From contig MEWX01000014.1 of assembly GCA_001775485.1 (NCBI GenBank), forward strand, positions 29,479 through 89,974: DNA of 60,496 nt, in the 5' to 3' direction. The stretch's first letter is position 1; every line of letters starts with the position of its first letter. The notes below the pieces were generated by a model, which was not told the DNA's origin, ran no database searches, and worked only from the letters and a program-made list of their open reading frames with translations. Of the stretch, positions 1 through 7,906 are shown piece by piece. This DNA is from Candidatus Adlerbacteria bacterium RIFCSPLOWO2_01_FULL_51_16 (GTDB lineage: Bacteria > Patescibacteriota > Minisyncoccia > Phycocordibacterales > SBAW01). Both the position numbers and the translations under genes were made by a program.

Positions 1-31
1 CCAGACTGAATAGTCGGGTACCCTTTTTATT

Positions 32-667
32 ATGCAAAAGGCCCCAACCAAGCGGCAAAAAGACCTTCTTAGCGTGATATATAACTACCTTGCAAGTACC
101 GGCTACCCCCCCACTTTCGAAGAAATGCGTGAAAATCTTGGCGTATCGTCCAACCAGTCAATTGTCGACCTGCTAGAAAAGCTCCGCAAGGGCGGCTATA
201 TCAAGAAAGACAGCGGGGCTCGTAGCCATGCCATTCTCCAATTGGGGTATGTAGCAATTGGCCGCCCAGCGCTGGCTCCTGTCCTCGGCACGACTACGGC
301 AGGCCTTCCCGTTGAATCTATAGAGATTGCAGGGGAGTGGCGTTCTATATCCTCGGATGTCGCAAGATTTGTCGAGGATGTGTTTATGCTCAAGATATCA
401 GGTAATTCCATGATTAACGCAGGTATCGATGATGGCGACGCCGTACTAGTGCAGACAATGAAAGAATTTGTGTCAGGGGATATTGTCTTTGCAGAAATTG
501 GCGATGAGGGCACGGTCAAGCGGTTCATGTCGGAGGACAAGCCGCCCTATGTGTATCTCAAGCCAGAAAATCCAAACTATAAAAATATCCTTTTTACCGA
601 CGACATACGACTCAAAGGCAAGGTCATCTCTGTGCTGAAGAGCGAACGTTGGCAGTCGGTAAAATAA
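32..667 (+). CDS. lexA: LexA-type repressor (winged-helix DNA-binding domain + S24 self-cleaving peptidase domain)
   Basis: 211-aa ORF. LexA-like N-terminus (KRQKDLLSVIYNYLASTGYPPTFEEM), candidate Ala-Gly cleavage site (TTAGLPV), catalytic Ser (GNSMINAGI) and Lys (GTVKRF) in canonical order. Confidence 0.85.
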   Translation: MQKAPTKRQKDLLSVIYNYLASTGYPPTFEEMRENLGVSSNQSIVDLLEKLRKGGYIKKDSGARSHAILQLGYVAIGRPALAPVLGTTTAGLPVESIEIAGEWRSISSDVARFVEDVFMLKISGNSMINAGIDDGDAVLVQTMKEFVSGDIVFAEIGDEGTVKRFMSEDKPPYVYLKPENPNYKNILFTDDIRLKGKVISVLKSERWQSVK

Positions 668-669
668 CT

Positions 670-2616
670 ATGGTTACAAAGAAACCAAATCGCACAGAAG
701 AGATTATCGGGAAAATCTTTCGTGATACCGAAATGGCGTTCGGTCTGAAAGAGTTCGAAGGTATCGACATATACAAAGTCCTTGAAATTACGGAGGAGGA
801 AAAAGATCGCTACTACCTTAAAGATCTAAAATCCGGCAAATCACGGTTTGTGTTCGACGAGAAGAAAGGCACCGGTAAGCCAGAAGAAATCGTACGCCAG
901 CTTTGGCTCCATAAACTTAACGTGCACTACAAATATCCGCTTGACCGCATGGATACAGAAAAAGATATTCACTTCGGGCGCGAGATACACAGCAAGGCGG
1001 TGGACATTGTGGTCTATAAGAAGGACAAAATCACACCGTACATTCTCGTGGAGGTGAAAGCGCCGAGTGAAAGCAAAGGGATTGATCAAATGAAGGGATA
1101 TCTGAACGCAGAAGGCTCGGAAATCGGTGTCTGGTCCAATGGCAGAAAGCGAGTCATTCTCTACCGTCCGTATCCGAAAGAGTTTGATGATACGTTGCCG
1201 GATCTGCCTACGGCCGACAAAACAATAGATGATCTACTTGAGTCTAAAAAGACTTATTTTGAGTACACAACTACAAAGGTAAGTCTCAAAGACACCGTCG
1301 AGTCCATGGAAGAATTGGTGCTTGCGAACTCGGGCGACGATGTATTTACTGAAGTCTTTAAGCTAGTTTACGCGAAGCTCTACGATGAACAAGAGGCAAA
1401 ATTACATAGACCAGACAGCGAAGTTTTTTTCCGAAAATATCGCGATCCAGCGAAGACCTATGCAGTAATCAATGAACTTTTCAAGAAAGCGATAAAACGA
1501 TGGCCGGGGACATTCTACGACCAAGAGAATATAAATCTTTCGGCTGAACATCTTTCTATTGTCGTGGGCGAATTGGAGAGGACGCGTCTTTTCGGATCCG
1601 ATCTTTCCATTATTGACGAAGCGTTTGAACATCTTATTCCGGAGGTGGCAAAGGGGAAAAAGGGCCAATATTTCACTCCACGACACGTCATCGGGATGGC
1701 GGTGAAAATGCTTGATCCGAAGGCAGGCGAGTATGTGATTGACCCTGCGGCGGGTTCCGGCGGCTTTTTGATCGGTGCGATGTATTGGGCGAAGGAAAAG
1801 CACCTGCGAGGCTCGGAAGAAGCAATGCGCGAATACGCAAAAGATTATATTTGGGGAATCGATTTTGCAGAGGAAATCTCAAAAGTGTCCCGTGCCTTAA
1901 TGCTTATCGCGGGGGATGGGCGCTCCCATTTGTTCAAGCTCAATTCTCTTGATTCGCGCGAATGGCAGGGCGAGGATGCCCAGTTGCTCGATGCGCGCTC
2001 CAAATTACAGACGCGACTTCTTGATATGAGGTCGAGCGCGGACAACGCCGAGAACAAGAAGACCTTTCACTACATGAACTTCGACGTCTTGCTGACGAAC
2101 CCGCCGTTTGCAGGTGAGATAAAAGACCAAGGGCTTTTGCGCCAGTATTTCTTCGGCAAGAAAAAAGGAAAGCTCATCAATAAAATCGAGCGGCATATTC
2201 TCTTTATCGAACGCACACTCGACATGCTTCGCCCTGGCGGGCGAATGGCGATTGTTTTACCGCAGGGCGTACTTAACAACACCAACATGGAAAACGTACG
2301 TGAGTATCTTTTTGAGAAAGCTCGCATCCTCGCGGTGGTCGGGCTTCACGGCAACACCTTCAAGCCGCATACGGGTACCAAGACGAGTGTACTTTTCTTG
2401 CAGAAGTGGGGAGCCGAAGCGGGAGAACCGCAAAAGGACTATCCAATCTTTATGGCCGTCTCAAAAAAAGGAGGCAAAGATAATTCCGGCGATTATATCC
2501 ACAAGAAAGGCTCGAATGGAGAATATGTTCACGATACCAAAGGCCGCAAAGTCCTCGATCACGACCTCGACGAAATCGCGGACGGGTTCTTGAAATTTTT
2601 TGACGATAAAAAATAA
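670..2616 (+). CDS. hsdM: Type I R-M-like N6-adenine DNA methyltransferase (HsdM-like) fused to an N-terminal HsdR-N / PD-(D/E)xK-like domain
   Basis: Motif I VIDPAAGSGGFL and motif IV NPPFAG of gamma-class N6-MTases. The N-terminal ~190 aa carry DIVVYKK...ILVEVKAP, as in the HSDR_N domain. ATG at 670 lies 3 nt after the lexA stop; an in-frame TTG at 649 would overlap lexA. Confidence 0.8.
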   Translation: MVTKKPNRTEEIIGKIFRDTEMAFGLKEFEGIDIYKVLEITEEEKDRYYLKDLKSGKSRFVFDEKKGTGKPEEIVRQLWLHKLNVHYKYPLDRMDTEKDIHFGREIHSKAVDIVVYKKDKITPYILVEVKAPSESKGIDQMKGYLNAEGSEIGVWSNGRKRVILYRPYPKEFDDTLPDLPTADKTIDDLLESKKTYFEYTTTKVSLKDTVESMEELVLANSGDDVFTEVFKLVYAKLYDEQEAKLHRPDSEVFFRKYRDPAKTYAVINELFKKAIKRWPGTFYDQENINLSAEHLSIVVGELERTRLFGSDLSIIDEAFEHLIPEVAKGKKGQYFTPRHVIGMAVKMLDPKAGEYVIDPAAGSGGFLIGAMYWAKEKHLRGSEEAMREYAKDYIWGIDFAEEISKVSRALMLIAGDGRSHLFKLNSLDSREWQGEDAQLLDARSKLQTRLLDMRSSADNAENKKTFHYMNFDVLLTNPPFAGEIKDQGLLRQYFFGKKKGKLINKIERHILFIERTLDMLRPGGRMAIVLPQGVLNNTNMENVREYLFEKARILAVVGLHGNTFKPHTGTKTSVLFLQKWGAEAGEPQKDYPIFMAVSKKGGKDNSGDYIHKKGSNGEYVHDTKGRKVLDHDLDEIADGFLKFFDDKK

Positions 2617-2620
2617 TTCC

Positions 2621-3337
2621 ATGTCGTCTTTAATAAACTCAATCAAATCTGTTAGAAAGGGCGTAGTTGCTATAGCTTATAAACAACACAACGTGCTCGA
2701 TAATTCTGATCAGATTTCTGTGGCAGGGACGGGATTTCTTTTTTCTAAAGAAAAGTTGCTGATCTGTACCTGTGCTCATGTTGTCGCACCTAATGGCATA
2801 CAGCGAACCGATGCACAGCTTCAGGTTGGAATTGTGACTGAAAGAAATGTTGTTGGATATCCAGCAAAAATAGTGAGTCTAGATTTCAAAAAAGACTTGG
2901 CCATACTTAATGTGCCATCGGGAGATCCAAAAGTCATAGCAACCTTGGAAGAATTGAAACTGGGAGATTCAAAGCCTCTTGAACAAGGCGAGGAAATAGG
3001 GTTTCTCGGTTTTCCTTTTGGAATGGTTCTCAGCAACGACATAACACCTTCTGCGGCAAAAGGTATAATCTCGGCATTCAGAAGAGATTTGACCACAGGT
3101 TCGACAGAACTGATACAGCTTGACGCTGTCGTGGGTGGAGGAAACAGTGGCGCTCCGGTTTTTCTTTCCTCAACATCAGAAGTCATTGCAATCGTAAAAG
3201 GGAGATTTGATCCGCTAATGAAGGGAAGGCCACCAAAATTAATAATTGATGGCGAACCTCTTGAAATTTTTACAAATATTGGCTTTGCACAGCCAATAAA
3301 TGTTGCCAAGGGCTTTTTGCTTTCCTCTCTAAAATGA
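2621..3337 (+). CDS. Trypsin-like (S1/chymotrypsin-fold) serine protease, no signal peptide
   Basis: Catalytic triad contexts in order: CTCAHVV (His), KKDLAILNV (Asp), GGGNSGAPVF (Ser). The hydrophilic N-terminus MSSLINSIKSVRKG has no TM segment or signal peptide. ATG at 2621 lies 5 nt after the hsdM stop (alternative TTG at 2600). The stop overlaps the hsdS ATG (ATGA at 3334-3337). Confidence 0.75.
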   Translation: MSSLINSIKSVRKGVVAIAYKQHNVLDNSDQISVAGTGFLFSKEKLLICTCAHVVAPNGIQRTDAQLQVGIVTERNVVGYPAKIVSLDFKKDLAILNVPSGDPKVIATLEELKLGDSKPLEQGEEIGFLGFPFGMVLSNDITPSAAKGIISAFRRDLTTGSTELIQLDAVVGGGNSGAPVFLSSTSEVIAIVKGRFDPLMKGRPPKLIIDGEPLEIFTNIGFAQPINVAKGFLLSSLK

Positions 3338-4704
3338 TTGCTTATTCCGTAATCTCAAAGTCCCAACTTGAAGGCACAAGGCGGCTCGATGCTGAATATT
3401 ATCAGCCGGAATATTTGGAAATTGTGCAGAAAATCCAGTCTGTTCCGCATACGTCTTTGGATAGTTATGCAGAGAAAGTATTTAGCGGACCTTTCGGATC
3501 AACCCTCAAAAGTGAGTCATATCAAGAAACAGGAGTCCCGTTTATTAGAATCAGCGACATATCTGATCTCTTCATCGATCAAGACACTCTAGTTTTTATT
3601 TCGCCGAGTGAACACAAACGAATTTATAGCACCCATTTGAGTGTTGGGGATATAGTTTTATCCAAAATCGGGACAGTTGGAAGGTTGTCGGTGATTTCTG
3701 AAGAACTTGGGGAGGTAAACATCAGCGAGAACAATATCGGAATTAGATTATCAAAACTTCCTGAAGAAAAAAAGATAGCACTACTCTTTCTACTACTTGG
3801 TAAATACGGTCAAAAGCAGCTCCTAAGGAAAGCAAGCGGCAACATTCAGCTTAAACTAAACGTTAGCGATGTTGAGTCTATACAAGTACCGATTTTCGAT
3901 GAGGTGATGCTGCGAGCACTAATGGATATTTATACAGATTTCTTGTCAAAAAGAAATGAGAGCGACTCTCTTTACTTACAAGCCGAGAATCTACTCTTGG
4001 AAAAATTGGGACTCAAAAATTTCAAGGCCGATGAAGATTTGTACAGCGTTGTGAATTTCTCGAATATAAAATCGGCGAATCGGATGGATGCCGAATACTT
4101 TCAGCCGAAGTACGAGAGACTCATTGTTAAACTTAAAGCACAAAAGGCGCAGCCGTTGGTAGATGTACTGGAGAGTATATCGGCGAAATTTAATCCGCTG
4201 ACCCAAGCAGATAAAATTTTTAAGTATGTTGAGCTTTCAAATATCAACGGCTCCATAGGGATAATCGATGGTTATACAGAAACATCGGGAAGAGAGGCAC
4301 CAAGTCGGGCGAAGCGCGTTTTAAAAAAAGGCGATGTCGTCGTTTCAACGGTTGAAGGATCGCTTGGTAAGGTTGCACTTGTTCATAAAGAACAGGAGGG
4401 GTGCCTGGCGTCGACGGGTTTTTTTCAATTCAGAAGCGAGGATTTGTTGCCGGAAGTATTGTTAGTGATTGCCAAAAGCTTTATTTTTCACAATCAGCTT
4501 GAACAGCGTTGCGCGGGCACTATTTTGACCGCGGTGCCGAAGGATAGCATCAAAGATATTCTTGTGCCGATTTTGCCGAAAGCAACGCAGGAGAAAATTG
4601 CCGGCCTGGTTCGTGAATCGCATACCGCACGCAAAAAGGCAAAAGAACTTTTAGAAGAGGCCAAGCGCACGGTCGAAGAATTCATAGAGCAGAAAACAAA
4701 ATAA
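3334..4704 (+). CDS. hsdS: Type I restriction-modification specificity subunit HsdS (two target-recognition domains)
   Basis: 456 aa. Duplicated HsdS half-repeat signatures RLDAEYYQPEY (N-terminal half) and RMDAEYFQPKY (second half). C-terminal helical region KKAKELLEEAKRTVEEFI. Confidence 0.85.
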   Translation: MIAYSVISKSQLEGTRRLDAEYYQPEYLEIVQKIQSVPHTSLDSYAEKVFSGPFGSTLKSESYQETGVPFIRISDISDLFIDQDTLVFISPSEHKRIYSTHLSVGDIVLSKIGTVGRLSVISEELGEVNISENNIGIRLSKLPEEKKIALLFLLLGKYGQKQLLRKASGNIQLKLNVSDVESIQVPIFDEVMLRALMDIYTDFLSKRNESDSLYLQAENLLLEKLGLKNFKADEDLYSVVNFSNIKSANRMDAEYFQPKYERLIVKLKAQKAQPLVDVLESISAKFNPLTQADKIFKYVELSNINGSIGIIDGYTETSGREAPSRAKRVLKKGDVVVSTVEGSLGKVALVHKEQEGCLASTGFFQFRSEDLLPEVLLVIAKSFIFHNQLEQRCAGTILTAVPKDSIKDILVPILPKATQEKIAGLVRESHTARKKAKELLEEAKRTVEEFIEQKTK

Positions 4705-4747
4705 GCGAGTGGAAACTTGGGGGATTTGGGGTTGATTGTAAAGAAAG

Positions 4748-5044
4748 ATGAGTTTAATACTGAAGCGGCCCAGTGCGTGGGTGCCGATTGCATTGTCGCT
4801 CGCCATGCTGGCGTTCATCCTTATTCTCCTTGGCGTATACGGTGTTCCTACCCCCGACCCCAATGCAGATGAGGGGACAGCCGCGCACCTCTTTCAGCTC
4901 TGGTTGGTTTTAGAAATATTTTTGGTGGCATTTTTTGCAATCAAGTGGCTCCCACGCGCTCCGGGGCCGGCATTCCTCGTTCTAGTGGTCCAAATCGCCG
5001 CCGCCCTCGCCGCCTGCGCCCCCGTCTTCCTCCTCCACCTCTAA
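4748..5044 (+). CDS. Small integral membrane protein (about 3 TM segments)
   Basis: 98-aa ORF with three long hydrophobic stretches. No recognisable family. Confidence 0.5.
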   Translation: MSLILKRPSAWVPIALSLAMLAFILILLGVYGVPTPDPNADEGTAAHLFQLWLVLEIFLVAFFAIKWLPRAPGPAFLVLVVQIAAALAACAPVFLLHL

Positions 5045-5071
5045 CCACAGAATTATCGCCCCCCACCCATC

Positions 5072-5347
5072 ATTCTAGCTTTTTGCAAAAAGCTGTAATA
5101 GCTCAATAATCATCCAAATTACCCGTCCACCTTTTCACCCCGCATTCTTTAAGGCCCCCACCCCCCTCCCTTATTTTTTAACGCATCAGCTCTTATTCTA
5201 GTGTTTTGCAAAACACTGCAATAGCCCAATAATCACCCAAATCACTAATCTACTTTTTCACCCCGTATTCTTTAAGGCCCCCACTCCCCTCCCTTATTTT
5301 TTAACGCATCAGCTCTTATTCTAGTATTTTGCAAAACACTGCAATAG
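5072..5347. repeat. 123-bp tandem repeat, 2.25 copies, each unit starting with the 30-bp palindromic element
   Basis: ATTCTAG... element starts at 5072, 5195 and 5318 (period exactly 123 nt). Units are near-identical (…ttcaccccgNattctttaaggccccca…cccttattttttaacgcatcagctctt). Confidence 0.9.
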
Positions 5348-5365
5348 GGAATATACTGCGCGCAT

Positions 5366-5641
5366 ATGGCCACACCAAACTATCGGGCGCTGGAGCGCAT
5401 TGTAAAGGGATTTGCCAATCATCGGCGCTTGCAAATCCTCGATCTGCTCAAGAGGGAACCGGAACTCTCGGTTGCCGATATTGCGGAGCGGTTGAATATC
5501 GGGTATGAAAACACCTCCGACCATATCCGAAAAATGGCCATAGCCGGCCTTCTTCTCAAACGCAACCAAGGCCCTGCCGTACTCCATAAACTCACACCCC
5601 GCGCCGAAGCTATTCTAGTGTTTTGCAAAAAACTGCAATAG
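5366..5641 (+). CDS. ArsR/SmtB-family winged-helix transcriptional regulator (paralog 1)
   Basis: 91 aa. HRRLQILDLLKREPELSVADIAERL...SDHIRKMAIAGLLLKR matches the ArsR HTH_5 pattern; no metal-binding CxC in helix 3. The last 9 codons plus TAG are encoded by palindromic element copy D. Confidence 0.8.
   Translation: MATPNYRALERIVKGFANHRRLQILDLLKREPELSVADIAERLNIGYENTSDHIRKMAIAGLLLKRNQGPAVLHKLTPRAEAILVFCKKLQ
5612..5641. repeat. 30-bp palindromic element, copy D (inside the 3' end of ArsR paralog 1)
   Basis: attctagtgttttgcaaaaaactgcaatag. Same element as at 5072, 5195, 5318, 13686, 13980 and 57556. Confidence 0.9.
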
Positions 5642-5709
5642 CGAACAAAATGCAGTGGAAACGGCCATTTGATATACTTACAACCTTAACCTTCTAATCA
5701 AAAATATAT

Positions 5710-6093
5710 ATGGCTAAATATGTTGATGGGTTTGTATTGGTAGTGCCTAAGAGCAAGATTGCGGCCTACCGCACAATGGCTGCTGCCGGGGCGAGGATGT
5801 GGAAGAAACATGGCGCCCTCGACTACAAGGAGTGCATAGGAGACGACCTCAACCCCCATATGGGTGGGATGCCAGCGCTCACATTTCCGAAGTTGGTTAA
5901 GCTCAAAAAGGGCGAGACGGTGGCTTTCTCTTACATTGTGTACAAAAGCCGTGCGCACCGAGACCAAGTTAATAAAAAGGTGATGGCACAAATGGATAAA
6001 GAGTATAAGGGCAAGAAGATGCCGCCCATGCCCTTTGATATGAAGCGCATGGCCTACGGCGGCTTTAAAGTCATCGTCAGCGCAGGAAAATAG
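5710..6093 (+). CDS. DUF1428-family protein
   Basis: 127 aa. The N-terminus MAKYVDGFVLVVPKSKIAAYRTMA...KHGALDYKEC is typical of the DUF1428 (YbaA-like) family. Confidence 0.7.
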   Translation: MAKYVDGFVLVVPKSKIAAYRTMAAAGARMWKKHGALDYKECIGDDLNPHMGGMPALTFPKLVKLKKGETVAFSYIVYKSRAHRDQVNKKVMAQMDKEYKGKKMPPMPFDMKRMAYGGFKVIVSAGK

Positions 6094-6146
6094 GTGTATA
6101 ATCATCGCTCGTTCGGAATTAAAAATAAATTCTCACTCGCTCAATT

Positions 6147-7025
6147 ATGAAAACCGCCCTTATTGCCATCGTTCTTATAGTCATAGTCGGTGCAGGCATT
6201 TATTTCGTTCCTAAATATTTTTCCGGCCCCGCGGGGCAGGAGCAACCTACTCCACCCGTGACTGAACAGGCAACTACAACGGAGCGGGCGGCCGTAGAAG
6301 CAATCGGCAAATCCGTTGAAGAGCGCGATATCACCGCATACCACTACGGCACCGGCGAAACGGAACTTCTGTTTGTCGGCGGTATCCACGGCGGATACTC
6401 ATGGAACACGGTACTCGTCGCCTACGAACTCATGGACTACTTGGCGGCAAACCCGGGCGCTATCCCCGAGAATATAACGGTAACGGTTATCCCGGTTTTG
6501 AATCCGGACGGCCTCAACAAAATTGTCGGCACTGCAGGCCGCTTTGAAGCTTCTGATGTTCCGCAAGGATCAACCGTATCGGGCCGCTTCAACGCAAACA
6601 ATGTAGACCTCAACCGCAACTTTGATTGTGAATGGCAGGCAAGTGGTACATGGCAAAACACAAAAGTAAGCGGCGGGAGCAAGGCGTTTTCCGAGCCGGA
6701 GAGTGCTGCCATCAAAGCCTTTATAGAGGCGCACAAACCGAGCGCGGCAATTGTCTGGTACAGCGCCGCAGGCGGAGTATTTGCTTCAAACTGCAACGAG
6801 GGCGTTTTGCCCGAAACGCTCGCCCTCACCAATGCGTATGCAAAAGCATCCGGCTACAAGGCCTACGAGACCTTCGACTTCTACAGCATCACCGGCGACA
6901 TGGTGAACTGGTTTGCAAAACTGGAAATCCCCGCAATCAGCGTTCTCCTCACCAACCACACGGATATAGAGTGGGAAAAGAATCTCAAAGGTATCGAGGC
7001 GCTTCTGAAAGAGTACGCCGAGTAA
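6147..7025 (+). CDS. Secreted M14-like (zinc carboxypeptidase fold) protein, catalytically degenerate paralog
   Basis: N-terminal TM/signal segment. GGIHGG, NPDG and NANNVDLNRNFDCEW blocks are shared with the downstream paralog, but it has S, Y and L where the paralog has the E, H and E expected for M14 catalysis (IHGGYSWN, IVWYSAAG, ISVLLTN). Confidence 0.7.
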   Translation: MKTALIAIVLIVIVGAGIYFVPKYFSGPAGQEQPTPPVTEQATTTERAAVEAIGKSVEERDITAYHYGTGETELLFVGGIHGGYSWNTVLVAYELMDYLAANPGAIPENITVTVIPVLNPDGLNKIVGTAGRFEASDVPQGSTVSGRFNANNVDLNRNFDCEWQASGTWQNTKVSGGSKAFSEPESAAIKAFIEAHKPSAAIVWYSAAGGVFASNCNEGVLPETLALTNAYAKASGYKAYETFDFYSITGDMVNWFAKLEIPAISVLLTNHTDIEWEKNLKGIEALLKEYAE

Positions 7026-7032
7026 ATTTGTT

Positions 7033-7890
7033 ATGGGCAAGTGGGGAGTCATCACCTTGCTCGCGCTTGCTGTGGTGCTTGCGGCGGGTGCGTTTGCATT
7101 TGTGCGCCTCTCTCAGATAGAGCCGCAGGTGCTACTTGCACCAAGCGAGGTGAAGACGGAAATAGTCGGCACATCGGTTGAGGGCCGCGCAATTACCGCC
7201 TACTCCTTCGGCCAGGGTGAGACGGTACTGCTTTTTGTCGGCGGAATACATGGCGGGTATGAATGGAACAGCACACTTCTTGCGTATCAGTTTATAGATT
7301 ATCTAAAAGCAAATCCGAAAGTCATTCCCCCAAATCTCACGATCGCCGTCATTCCGTCTGCTAACCCCGACGGTCTCCATGTGGTAACCGGTGCGGAAGG
7401 TCGCTTTGCCGCCGCAGACATCCCCGCACAGACAACAACGGTGCCGGGCCGCTTCAATGCAAACAATGTAGACCTCAACCGGAACTTTGATTGCAAATGG
7501 AAACCCGAGAGCATGTGGCGGGGAGAGGTGGTGAGCGCTGGGTCGGCGGCGTTTTCCGAACCGGAAGCGCGGGCTATCAGGTACTTCGTTTGGAATCACG
7601 ATCCGAGCGCCGTCGTTTTTTGGCACAGCCAATCAAACGCGGTGTATGCATCCGAGTGCGAAGAGGGGATTCTGCCAAGCACGCGTGCGGTTATGAACGC
7701 GTATGCGACTGCCTCCGGCTACCCGGCGGTCGACTCCTTTGATGCCTACGAGATCACGGGTGATGCCGAGGGGTGGCTCGCTTCCATACATATCCCCGCT
7801 ATTACCGTAGAGCTTAAAACCCACGAGGATGTCGAGTGGGAGCGCAACCTCGCCGGCGTCACCGCACTCTTTAATTTGTATAAAAAATAA
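7033..7890 (+). CDS. Secreted M14-family zinc carboxypeptidase-like protein
   Basis: N-terminal TM/signal segment. IHGGYEWN (His...Glu), NVDLNRNF (Asn-Arg substrate-binding block), FWHSQSN (second zinc His) and ITVELKT (catalytic Glu context). Confidence 0.75.
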   Translation: MGKWGVITLLALAVVLAAGAFAFVRLSQIEPQVLLAPSEVKTEIVGTSVEGRAITAYSFGQGETVLLFVGGIHGGYEWNSTLLAYQFIDYLKANPKVIPPNLTIAVIPSANPDGLHVVTGAEGRFAAADIPAQTTTVPGRFNANNVDLNRNFDCKWKPESMWRGEVVSAGSAAFSEPEARAIRYFVWNHDPSAVVFWHSQSNAVYASECEEGILPSTRAVMNAYATASGYPAVDSFDAYEITGDAEGWLASIHIPAITVELKTHEDVEWERNLAGVTALFNLYKK

Positions 7891-7906
7891 ATGATATAAT
7901 TTGACC

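Noticed and set aside
5072-5347. Possible CRISPR array, suggested by regularly spaced palindromic repeats
   Set aside because: The period is 123 nt and the sequences between the palindromes are themselves near-identical. This is a plain tandem duplication with no unique spacers, and no cas genes are in the window.
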